Virus record (IMG/VR): IMGVR_UViG_3300050150_000093
Location: 1 to 63,832 of that record
Strand: one strand, 5' to 3'
DNA from: a virus
Lineage: Duplodnaviria > Caudoviricetes
Length of the DNA stretch: 63,832 nucleotides
Made by a program: the position numbers and the translations under genes. The notes beneath the pieces are model-generated. The model was given only the letters and a program-made list of their open reading frames with translations. It was not told the DNA's origin and searched no databases. Below, in pieces: positions 7,193-14,765 of the stretch. How positions within the stretch are numbered: the first letter of the stretch is position 1; each line of letters begins with the position of its first letter.

Positions 7193-7389
7193 TTTGTTTT
7201 CTATCTATTGCATTGCCTTGTTGTGTGGTAAAACCCGGCGACACTTTATCAGAAATTGGGCAACGATTCAAGCGGTCTTGGCGGGCGCTAGCTGCAGTGA
7301 ATTCAATTCGTAATCCAGACCTTATCTTCCCGGGTCAAGTATTGAGGTTGGATACTCCTCGGGTATCCAATACCTACAATGACCGTTGA
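7189..7389 (+). CDS. Stand-alone LysM peptidoglycan-binding protein
   Basis: VVKPGDTLSEIGQRF...LAAVNSIRNPDLIFPGQVLRL matches the LysM consensus. Confidence 0.9.
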   Translation: MICFLSIALPCCVVKPGDTLSEIGQRFKRSWRALAAVNSIRNPDLIFPGQVLRLDTPRVSNTYNDR

Positions 7390-8032
7390 TCTGTTCAAAG
7401 TAAAGCAAATTGGGTTTGTGCCTTCGTATCAACGTGCGGGCATCTTATCATTAGACGAAGTGCATGATCTTCTTCCTGATTGGGAAGTTGTTGATGTGTA
7501 TCTTCCGGTGATCAAATACGCTAGCCGATATGACCGCGGTCAAAACATCAATCGTTCTGTGGAAGTGTTCCATGGGCACGAGATCTATATGGACTCTAGT
7601 CGGTACCGATTGTTCCAAAGGGATCACGTTTGCTGTTCGTGTGGTATTGCTGGAGCATATTATGCCGTCGAACGCAACACCAAATGGTCAAGACGGCAAA
7701 AGAGGCCTCTAATTGCAGAAGGTCAACATTGGCACCTTAACTTGTACGCTGTACGAAATGGTGTAGAAGTTATGATGACTAAAGATCACCATATCCCACG
7801 TTCGCGGGGTGGCGCTGATCATGACAGCAACTACGTACCAATGTGCTCAACGTGCAACAAGCTAAAGAGCAATAGGTTGCCTGGCGAATCGGACGAAGAG
7901 TATGAAGCGTTCCTCTTAGCACGAGGCGGCCTCACGCAGTCGAAAGAGCAACGCAAACAAGAACAGTTAAAACGCGGCAGAGAAGCTTTAGCGTTAGCTA
8001 ACCTCTGTAGCGAAGGCACGATGGATTTATGA
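7379..8032 (+). CDS. HNH endonuclease
   Basis: CCSC...TKDHHIPRSRGGADHDSNYVPMCSTCNKLK. Confidence 0.85.
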   Translation: MTVDLFKVKQIGFVPSYQRAGILSLDEVHDLLPDWEVVDVYLPVIKYASRYDRGQNINRSVEVFHGHEIYMDSSRYRLFQRDHVCCSCGIAGAYYAVERNTKWSRRQKRPLIAEGQHWHLNLYAVRNGVEVMMTKDHHIPRSRGGADHDSNYVPMCSTCNKLKSNRLPGESDEEYEAFLLARGGLTQSKEQRKQEQLKRGREALALANLCSEGTMDL

Positions 8033-8409
8033 CAAAGAAACAAGTAACGGTTCAAGTAGGAAACAATCCAAAGATATCTCAATACTACGGGAGTGGTGGA
8101 GAATATCTCGATTACGGCTATGGACGACGGTTAAGGCCTGACTCTACTATCAGTGAGCTTCAGGAGCAACTTTCTGAATTATACGCTGAGTTTGCTGCTG
8201 AGTACTCTGAATTGCACTTCCAAAGAATGGACGATTGTGGGTGTCGAGATCATATGTGTGGTTGTGCTCCTTCCTACGTTCTTTATGGCACTCGTGAAGA
8301 AACGGATCTTGAATATAAGTTCCGCACCAAGCGGGAAGCAGATCAGAAGGCCGACAGAGAGAAGCGCGAACGGGCTGAATTAGCTGCTCTAAAGGCAAAG
8401 TACGGTTAA
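8029..8409 (+). CDS. Hypothetical protein
   Basis: ATGA overlap; Cys cluster; coiled-coil C-terminus. Confidence 0.75.
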   Translation: MTKKQVTVQVGNNPKISQYYGSGGEYLDYGYGRRLRPDSTISELQEQLSELYAEFAAEYSELHFQRMDDCGCRDHMCGCAPSYVLYGTREETDLEYKFRTKREADQKADREKRERAELAALKAKYG

Positions 8410-8421
8410 CGACTTTTCTGC

Positions 8422-8450
8422 TTGACTTCAGATCAAAATTGTCCTATAAA
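8422..8450 (+). promoter_or_regulatory. Early promoter, probably giving a leaderless mRNA
   Basis: TTGACT-17nt-TATAAA; ATG at 8457 with no SD. Confidence 0.7.
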
Positions 8451-8456
8451 TGATCT

Positions 8457-8654
8457 ATGGCAAAGATTCTAATCGAGATCGAATTCAATGAGGGAGTTGC
8501 GGACGCTCATGATCCGCAACTCCTAGTGGTGTCAATGCTGGCTCAATATCCAATTAGACGGATGTTGGTATGTCGGCCAATGACAGGGTTCTTAGCAACC
8601 CTGACCCCGGAACAACTAGCCATGGCTATGGCATATGAAGGTCCGGAATACTGA
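8457..8654 (+). CDS. Hypothetical protein
   Basis: ORF after promoter; TGATG coupling to the next gene. Confidence 0.65.
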   Translation: MAKILIEIEFNEGVADAHDPQLLVVSMLAQYPIRRMLVCRPMTGFLATLTPEQLAMAMAYEGPEY

Positions 8655-8875
8655 TGGCTGGAGAGTTGAGCGCACTAGCAGAACTAACTACTATTCAAAT
8701 AGCTTCGTTGGCTGCAATAGACACTTATGCAATGCAGCTTTACAATGATACAGATCCAGGCCCATATGATCGGTGGCCTACTATAAGGCTCAAGGTTAGA
8801 CAAGACTATAGACGCCTTGCTGCAAAGCTGATTAAAGAAGCATACGATACCGCGGCCGACTGCGATAGGGGATAA
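8654..8875 (+). CDS. Hypothetical protein
   Basis: Translationally coupled ORF. Confidence 0.65.
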   Translation: MAGELSALAELTTIQIASLAAIDTYAMQLYNDTDPGPYDRWPTIRLKVRQDYRRLAAKLIKEAYDTAADCDRG

Positions 8876-8879
8876 CCGA

Positions 8880-9203
8880 ATGACCGTAGAGGAAAAGGCT
8901 AAACAGCTATTCCCTTCGCGGCCCGATCTAGCACTGCTTTATACACTAAGTGCTCACAGTCAGCAAGGCGACGCTGGTGCCACCGCCCAGTTAAAAGCAC
9001 TAAAGGATCCGTGTGCTAAGCACAAACTAGATTCAAACGCCGGTGAAGCGTGGTCTCTATCTTTAGCGGCTGGACGGCTCCAAAAGTATGCTCGAGGAGA
9101 CAGCCCCTATATTGGTGACTTTGCAATGCGTGCTGATATGCAGCAGGTGTTTGGCGCCCTTAAGCAAGTAAATATAGAACCTTACCATTTTGGCTTTCTT
9201 TAA
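8880..9203 (+). CDS. Hypothetical protein
   Basis: ORF in array. Confidence 0.65.
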   Translation: MTVEEKAKQLFPSRPDLALLYTLSAHSQQGDAGATAQLKALKDPCAKHKLDSNAGEAWSLSLAAGRLQKYARGDSPYIGDFAMRADMQQVFGALKQVNIEPYHFGFL

Positions 9204-9254
9204 TGTCAAAGACCATTCCGCCAACCACAGCAATTAAAATTAACAAATTGGATA

Positions 9255-9509
9255 GTGATGTTTAACTTTAGTCTCGATGCGGAAAATATACACAACCACT
9301 TTTATGCTGGCATAACTTTCGCCTGCATCCTTGGTTTTATTGTAGCAATGTGTATTCATATTAAAGCCATTGGGATTGGGATTGCTACCACTTTAGCAAT
9401 TGCAGTAATGTTGGTGGCCGCGTATTACACGTTAGCGTTGTTTGGCTTCATTGTAGTTTGGGTTTTTGGAACAGTTGGCCACATCATCAAATCTGCCCGT
9501 AGAGTATAA
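9255..9509 (+). CDS. Membrane protein
   Basis: Two to three hydrophobic helices. Confidence 0.65.
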   Translation: MMFNFSLDAENIHNHFYAGITFACILGFIVAMCIHIKAIGIGIATTLAIAVMLVAAYYTLALFGFIVVWVFGTVGHIIKSARRV

Positions 9510-9678
9510 ACTACCTCCTCTGCTGATAAAGAGATCTAAGGGCTCAACTACACCCGATAGCTACTTTATCGACATAGCGTATAAAGCGCTGCAGAAGGTT
9601 AACATGCTTGACGCAGCCGTCGAACAAGTCATCATTATCGAAGACAAACTCGTAAACATTATAACAGGTAAACCATGA
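9466..9678 (+). CDS. Hypothetical protein (start uncertain)
   Basis: ATGA overlap with the next gene. Confidence 0.5.
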   Translation: MEQLATSSNLPVEYKLPPLLIKRSKGSTTPDSYFIDIAYKALQKVNMLDAAVEQVIIIEDKLVNIITGKP

Positions 9679-9866
9679 CATTTACAATTGCATTCGGTTG
9701 GTGGATCCTTCCACTCACAATTACCATCGGCAGTTTTGTGCTCGCTACCTTGTGTTCAAGGTCTATCAGTAGAGTTGATTTCTATGGTATCGTCGCTTTG
9801 GTTTACAACACGTTAGCAATTATAGTGTCGCTAATAGCTTGGCTGATTTGGGCGCTCTGTAATTAA
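9675..9866 (+). CDS. Small two-TM membrane protein
   Basis: GWWILPLTITI...IVSLIAWLIWAL. Confidence 0.75.
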   Translation: MTFTIAFGWWILPLTITIGSFVLATLCSRSISRVDFYGIVALVYNTLAIIVSLIAWLIWALCN

Positions 9867-9890
9867 TTTTACAAAACGTTTAAATTGCTG

Positions 9891-9919
9891 TTGACTACGT
9901 CTCATTAGTAGGGGATAAT
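9891..9919 (+). promoter_or_regulatory. Early promoter inside an imperfect (G-U) hairpin
   Basis: ctgTTGACT-17nt-GATAAT; GACTAC/GTGGTC and CATTA/TAATG arms. Confidence 0.75.
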
Positions 9920-9953
9920 GCTGTGTGGTCCCCAGATATAGTATAAGGTTTAG

Positions 9954-10292
9954 ATGATAGAATATCTCATTGGTATGGTGATCACAGGTCTTATCCTGTT
10001 CGGTCTACCGGCCGTACCCTTCCTTAAAGGTAAGCTGTGGTTTACTAGCTATTTTGATTTTAGCGACGTGATGCTATGGTGCATTGCAGGAACAATCGTC
10101 TGGCCTTTAACATTCTTATGCGTCGCTGGTGGCTTCGCTGTTATGAGTCCGTTTATGCTGCTATTCTGGATACTAGAAAAGTTCCCAAATATTGGCCCGT
10201 TCTTAAGAAACCTCTATGGTGTTAAGGATAAGGTCCCTGATGAGGACGAGGAAGAGGACGAGCAAAAAACATACTCATTGAGGAGCTTTTAA
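9954..10292 (+). CDS. Membrane protein with acidic tail
   Basis: Two to three TM segments; DEDEEEDE. Confidence 0.75.
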   Translation: MIEYLIGMVITGLILFGLPAVPFLKGKLWFTSYFDFSDVMLWCIAGTIVWPLTFLCVAGGFAVMSPFMLLFWILEKFPNIGPFLRNLYGVKDKVPDEDEEEDEQKTYSLRSF

Positions 10293-10384
10293 TGTCTCCA
10301 AGAGAGCATGAAACAGCATTCTGGTTTAGCATCGCACTTCTCATATCCGCAATAGCAATTATCGTTTCTTTAGTAGTTCGTTAG
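10292..10384 (+). CDS. Small membrane peptide, 30 aa
   Basis: GAGGAG RBS; TAATG coupling. Confidence 0.55.
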   Translation: MSPREHETAFWFSIALLISAIAIIVSLVVR

Positions 10385-10389
10385 GTATC

Positions 10390-10548
10390 ATGTATTACAA
10401 TTATTCGCTTCTGTTTAAGCCTGTAGGTAAAGAACAAAGGGTCATTCCTTTAAAGGGTAAGACGTACGATGAGGTTAACCAAATGTGGAAAGACCTCAAT
10501 AAAGAATACCCAGAGTCTACAACACTTGTTGCGGACCTAATCCCGTAA
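10390..10548 (+). CDS. Hypothetical protein, 52 aa (MYYNYSLL...)
   Basis: Read manually; AGGT RBS. Confidence 0.55.
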   Translation: MYYNYSLLFKPVGKEQRVIPLKGKTYDEVNQMWKDLNKEYPESTTLVADLIP

Positions 10549-10552
10549 GCTT

Positions 10553-10560
10553 CATAAATA
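10553..10560 (+). promoter_or_regulatory. gp55-type late promoter
   Basis: CATAAATA upstream of AAGGAG RBS. Confidence 0.65.
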
Positions 10561-10577
10561 CCCCAAAAGGAGTTTTT

Positions 10578-10952
10578 ATGAAACCGGATCCAGCACTAAA
10601 CAGTTTAATCCTAAGTGTAGTAAATGAAAATGTTGTGCCTTTCGGTGGAGGCACAACACGTCATATGTGGACAGTGAAACATCTATATGTTTCTAACCAC
10701 GATGACGATATGCACACACCAACAATCATTCACTCTAAACAAGTAGATCTCCCAAACGTACCGTCAATGCATGATCAGCATGTTAAGATGTTGACAAATA
10801 AGTTTGGCGATGAAATGAAAACTGTTTACCCAACTGGTGAACATACTATCCAGCATGGAACGTTGACTGGTACATCGTTGAGAGCTACACACTTCGTGGA
10901 CACAGAACGTGGCCAGCATACCTTTACCCACCATTTCAGTAAAATTGGTTAA
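10578..10952 (+). CDS. His-rich late protein, possibly an internal head protein
   Basis: Late promoter and strong RBS; 13 His in 124 aa. Confidence 0.7.
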   Translation: MKPDPALNSLILSVVNENVVPFGGGTTRHMWTVKHLYVSNHDDDMHTPTIIHSKQVDLPNVPSMHDQHVKMLTNKFGDEMKTVYPTGEHTIQHGTLTGTSLRATHFVDTERGQHTFTHHFSKIG

Positions 10953-11125
10953 TGCAACACCTTTACAATACTTCGAATAAATCATGGAAATCTCTAGCGA
11001 TTCGGCTTTCTTGGGCAATCATGCGAAACAGCCAGAAAGCGATTCAAGAAACCCTTGAAATCATTGAACAAAAAAAGGTGATAGATGAAGGAAGCCTCTT
11101 GAAATCGCCAGAGATTTCCGGGTAA
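10952..11125 (+). CDS. Hypothetical protein, 57 aa (MQHLYNTS...)
   Basis: TAATG coupling; read manually. Confidence 0.5.
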   Translation: MQHLYNTSNKSWKSLAIRLSWAIMRNSQKAIQETLEIIEQKKVIDEGSLLKSPEISG

Positions 11126-11134
11126 ATTTAACTG

Positions 11135-11168
11135 TTGATATTTTTCGTCGGATCTGCTAGACTAAATA
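11135..11168 (+). promoter_or_regulatory. Composite early/late promoter
   Basis: ctgTTGATA-17nt-TAGACT overlapping CTAAATA, which sits in the loop of TGCTAG/CTAGCA. Confidence 0.55.
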
Positions 11169-11174
11169 CTAGCA

Positions 11175-11468
11175 ATGATGACAGATAAATTTGAAGTAGA
11201 ACGACGGTTCTACGAAGACGTAGCGAAACTCTTGAATACGGAATACGATTATAAACCGTTTCCGTGGGCGAGACGTAATCGGTGGAACAATAGACATCCT
11301 GGTAACGGGAGATATCCATCCTTTGGACTAGTACGTATGTTCTCACCAACCTTAGTACACGTGCAGCTGTACAGTCCGTCGCGGCTGTCAGCTTTTTTTA
11401 ATTCTACAGAAGCGGCGCTTGATGCGATCCGAAGTATAACGAATGTTCGGGATACCCCGTCTGATTAA
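11175..11468 (+). CDS. Hypothetical phage protein
   Basis: RWNNRHPGNGRYPSFGLVRMF motif. Confidence 0.75.
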   Translation: MMTDKFEVERRFYEDVAKLLNTEYDYKPFPWARRNRWNNRHPGNGRYPSFGLVRMFSPTLVHVQLYSPSRLSAFFNSTEAALDAIRSITNVRDTPSD

Positions 11469-11679
11469 ACGTTCTGTTAGTATCGCTGGTTCATCCACTT
11501 CGGTGATGTTAGAACCAGAGTTCTGGACGGTGCTTGAAACTATGGCAGTTGAGAAAGAACTCCTGCTATCCAAACTACTCTGGGAAATTGATATGGACCG
11601 CAGACACAGAAGTCTAGCTTCTGCGTGCCGTATTGCGTGTTTAAAATGGGCTCTAGCCAAATCAAGGAAAGCTGATTAA
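11443..11679 (+). CDS. Ribbon-helix-helix protein, RHH_4-like
   Basis: KRSVSIAG-x-TSVMLEPEFW...EID...RSLASACR. Confidence 0.8.
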   Translation: MFGIPRLIKRSVSIAGSSTSVMLEPEFWTVLETMAVEKELLLSKLLWEIDMDRRHRSLASACRIACLKWALAKSRKAD

Positions 11680-12818
11680 TGTTGCACCCTAAGCTGTTCA
11701 AGAAAGACTCAAAGGGCCGTGCTCGGTTCTGGCAAATTGAAGATGATGAGACTGGAATGTTTCGGAGTCTATCGGGTCTCGTCGAAGGCAATAAAGTCAA
11801 GACAGATGAATGGACTCTTGTGGAGATCAAGAACAAAGGTCGTGCTAATGAAACGACTCTAGTCGGTCAAGCGAAAGCTGAGATCGCTTCTTTGTATCAA
11901 AAGAAGCGCGACAATCACTACGTTGACGATATCTCTAAGATCCACGAAGAGCGTGCTTACTTTGAGGTGATGCTGGCTGAGTCGTATGACGACTATGGTA
12001 AGAATTTGGATTGGAAAGCTGGTGTATATGTTCAGCCTAAACTAGATGGTATCCGTGGGCCTACAAAGGCTTCAGGAACTCTATCACGTAAGGGTACGTT
12101 CTTCCCAACTGTTCAATTCCTATCTCAGGAAGTACTAGCTCCGCTATTCAAAGTTTGTCCGAATGTGGTCCTAGATGGTGAACTGTACAACCACAAGTTC
12201 CGAGACGACTTCAACGAGATCTCGTCTATCATTAAGCGTGAGAAAGCTAAGCCAGAAGATATGGCTAAGGCTCGTGAGTTAGTTCAGCTTTACGTTTACG
12301 ATGCATATTTTCCTGATGAGCCGGATATGAAGTTCATCGACCGTTACAATAAGATCAAGGATTTGATTGAGAAGCACGTGCATCTCTTCAATCCAGATGC
12401 TATTGTCATAGTTCCTACCTTCTTAGTTCATTCCCCTGAAGAAGCTGATGCACTATACGATCAGTTTATCGATGAAGAGTTTGAAGGACAAATGCTTCGT
12501 GTTAACACGGAGTACTTCTTCAAGCGAGTGCAGACGTTGCTAAAGCGTAAAGACTTCATCGATGGTGAATTCCGACTAGTTGATATTCTTCCCGGTAAGG
12601 GTAACTGGTCTGGAGTGGCAAAGAAGGTTCGAGCACTTCTACCAGATGGTAGAGAATTTGGAGCTGGTTGTAAAGGTAAGAAAGAGTTCCTAAGAGATAT
12701 CCTTTCTAATAAGGAAGAATACACTTGGGCAACCATTACGTACTTCAAACCTACTCCAGATGGCATTCCTAGGTTCCCTCGAGTGAAGACGTTCTTCAAG
12801 GGCGAACGGAACGATTAA
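11679..12818 (+). CDS. 30: ATP-dependent DNA ligase (gp30-like)
   Basis: QPKLDGIR, LDGELY, EGQMLR, LLKRK and PRFP motifs. Confidence 0.95.
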   Translation: MLHPKLFKKDSKGRARFWQIEDDETGMFRSLSGLVEGNKVKTDEWTLVEIKNKGRANETTLVGQAKAEIASLYQKKRDNHYVDDISKIHEERAYFEVMLAESYDDYGKNLDWKAGVYVQPKLDGIRGPTKASGTLSRKGTFFPTVQFLSQEVLAPLFKVCPNVVLDGELYNHKFRDDFNEISSIIKREKAKPEDMAKARELVQLYVYDAYFPDEPDMKFIDRYNKIKDLIEKHVHLFNPDAIVIVPTFLVHSPEEADALYDQFIDEEFEGQMLRVNTEYFFKRVQTLLKRKDFIDGEFRLVDILPGKGNWSGVAKKVRALLPDGREFGAGCKGKKEFLRDILSNKEEYTWATITYFKPTPDGIPRFPRVKTFFKGERND

Positions 12819-12831
12819 TTTTTAAACGCTG

Positions 12832-12860
12832 TTGACATGTGTAGTTGATTGTGCTATTAT
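12832..12860 (+). promoter_or_regulatory. Sigma70-type promoter overlapped by a perfect 14-bp inverted repeat
   Basis: TTGACA-17nt-TATTAT; arms ATGTGTAGTTGATT 12837-12850 / AATCAACTACACAT 12869-12882. Confidence 0.8.
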
Positions 12861-12891
12861 AGTGCTTTAATCAACTACACATTTCAGAGTA

Positions 12892-13110
12892 ATGCGTAAA
12901 CAAAAGCAAGAATTTTTAAAAGCTGTTTGGGACCTTATTAACAAGACCAAGAGTGAACCAATGGACGCTGTATTACACACAGCGATTAAGTTCAATATCG
13001 AGGTTGAGGCAGCAGCAAAGATAATCAAAGGCGATCCAACTCTACAAGAGATGATCGCTCGTGAAGCTATTTCAAGTAACCAGATTAAGAGATCATCCGT
13101 CGCGGCCTAA
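12892..13110 (+). CDS. 33: Late transcription coactivator gp33
   Basis: MDAV...NIEVEAAAKII...L-EMI-REA pattern; 33-59-32 synteny. Confidence 0.8.
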   Translation: MRKQKQEFLKAVWDLINKTKSEPMDAVLHTAIKFNIEVEAAAKIIKGDPTLQEMIAREAISSNQIKRSSVAA

Positions 13111-13716
13111 ATGGACCCATTTGTTGCTTACAACACATACAATGCCCTAAAGCTACACTTCGCATCTGAATCGTATGACTATTTGAAATACAATGGTCAA
13201 ACAAAGAATGGTGGAACTGTAGCTGCGCATCGTAAGTTTTTAGCCAACAAACAGAAGATCTTCTTCGCACAGTTATCGAAGCACGACGACCCACAAGGAC
13301 TCGTCGTTGCTAACCTTTTGGAAAATCCAAAAGCGTACATCACGGACATAATAGGTCCTGATGGTCAAGACGTCTATCTACGTTGGTTGGGTAGACAGAA
13401 TAGAATTTCCCACCTGTTTAAAACAGAACTAGAAAGCGCTAGACTCTGTGAGGGTGGGATGCGTATGATGAAACTTGACCAAAATGGTCTTCCAGTGTTG
13501 ATTCATGAATATATTGCAGGTACAGTGTCTCCTGAAACTGTCGCTATAATCGATCATTTTGCAAATCGATTAGACGTGTGGGCTAAGACAGTTGATCACC
13601 CGCTAATGAAGCAAGTCCAACTTAAGCTTCGTAAATACAAACCCTTCGTTAAGTTTAATAAAACGAAGGTAAAACAAATATTGCAAGAACAAATTGAGCT
13701 AAATAAGAAGTCGTAA
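13111..13716 (+). CDS. 59: Helicase loader gp59
   Basis: Y-ALKLHF-S-SYDY-KYNG N-terminus; ISPET-like and KYKPF motifs. Confidence 0.92.
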   Translation: MDPFVAYNTYNALKLHFASESYDYLKYNGQTKNGGTVAAHRKFLANKQKIFFAQLSKHDDPQGLVVANLLENPKAYITDIIGPDGQDVYLRWLGRQNRISHLFKTELESARLCEGGMRMMKLDQNGLPVLIHEYIAGTVSPETVAIIDHFANRLDVWAKTVDHPLMKQVQLKLRKYKPFVKFNKTKVKQILQEQIELNKKS

Positions 13717-13767
13717 TCATCCTACGACCATACAACATATTAACATACGATTATAAGGAAATACAAA

Positions 13768-14709
13768 ATGTCATTCGCAGATATGCGCAAGAATAGTGCT
13801 CGCTCGGTAGAACAATTAGCCAAGACGCTAAGTGAGAGTGAGAAGTTTGAGGGTACCGCTGATACGCGGTATTGGTCTCTCAAGACGGACGCCACCGGTA
13901 CTGGCTCAGCAGTAATTAGATTCCTCCCAGCATCGGCTGGCGAAATTGACAAGGCCCCTTACGTTAAGGTTTGGAGCCATGGCTTTAAGGGTCCTACTGG
14001 CCAATGGTACATTGAGCGCTCGCTAACAACTCTCGGTAAGCCTGACCCTGTGTCAGAGCACAACCAGAAGTTGTGGGCAACTGAAACTAAGGAAAACCGA
14101 GATCTAGCAAGCAAGCGTAAGCGTAAGCTTCGTTACATCTCAAACATCTACGTTGTAAAGGATGGTGCTAATCCTGAGAACGAAGGTAAGGTATTCTTGT
14201 ACTCTTACGGTCAAAAGATCTTTGACAAGATCAAGGGTGCACTAGAACCTGAATTCGAAGATCAAGAAGGCGTCAACGTTTTCGACTTGTGGACCGGAGC
14301 TAACTTCCGCCTCCGCGTTAAGAAGGTCGGGGACTTCCCTAACTACGACGCATCTGAATTCGCAAAGAGCGCACCGCTCCTAGACGAAGATGAACAACTA
14401 GAAGTTGTTTGGAACACACAATACAAGTTGCAGGACGAAATCGCTCCTTCAACCTTTAAGGCCTACGATGAGCTTAAGACTCGCTTCTATAGCGTAATCT
14501 GTGAAGACTCTGATGATGTTCCAGTAGGAACAGGTCGTGCTCCTCAGAAGCGCAACGAAGTAGTTGACGATGCAAAGGATGATCAAGTTGCTGCTCCTAA
14601 GAGCACAGCAAACTTTGCTAAGGCTGCTGCAAGCGCAGCAGTAGCTGACGATGAAGATGACGACATGGCTTGGTTCAAGAACCTTGAAGAAGACATCGAA
14701 ACTAAGTAA
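13768..14709 (+). CDS. 32: Single-stranded DNA-binding protein gp32
   Basis: AVIRFLPA, HGFKGPTGQWYIE, GKVFLY-YG-KIFDK; acidic tail. Confidence 0.97.
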   Translation: MSFADMRKNSARSVEQLAKTLSESEKFEGTADTRYWSLKTDATGTGSAVIRFLPASAGEIDKAPYVKVWSHGFKGPTGQWYIERSLTTLGKPDPVSEHNQKLWATETKENRDLASKRKRKLRYISNIYVVKDGANPENEGKVFLYSYGQKIFDKIKGALEPEFEDQEGVNVFDLWTGANFRLRVKKVGDFPNYDASEFAKSAPLLDEDEQLEVVWNTQYKLQDEIAPSTFKAYDELKTRFYSVICEDSDDVPVGTGRAPQKRNEVVDDAKDDQVAAPKSTANFAKAAASAAVADDEDDDMAWFKNLEEDIETK

Positions 14710-14732
14710 GATATAGCCTTAGTTAACTATTG

Positions 14733-14765
14733 AAAAGGCCGGAGAGCAATCTCCGGCCTTTTTTT
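14733..14765. terminator. Bidirectional intrinsic terminator
   Basis: AAAAGGCCGGAGA-GCAA-TCTCCGGCCTTTTTTT between convergent genes. Confidence 0.92.

Noticed and set aside
9203-9265. 20-codon ORF MSKTIPP... coupled to the upstream stop
   Set aside because: Too short, with no supporting motif; cannot be told apart from noise.
177-12882. CRISPR-like array or IS terminal repeats formed by the repeated TGTTGAC motifs
   Set aside because: Spacing is irregular, the units are separated by genes and fit -35/-10 geometry; no cas or transposase genes are seen.
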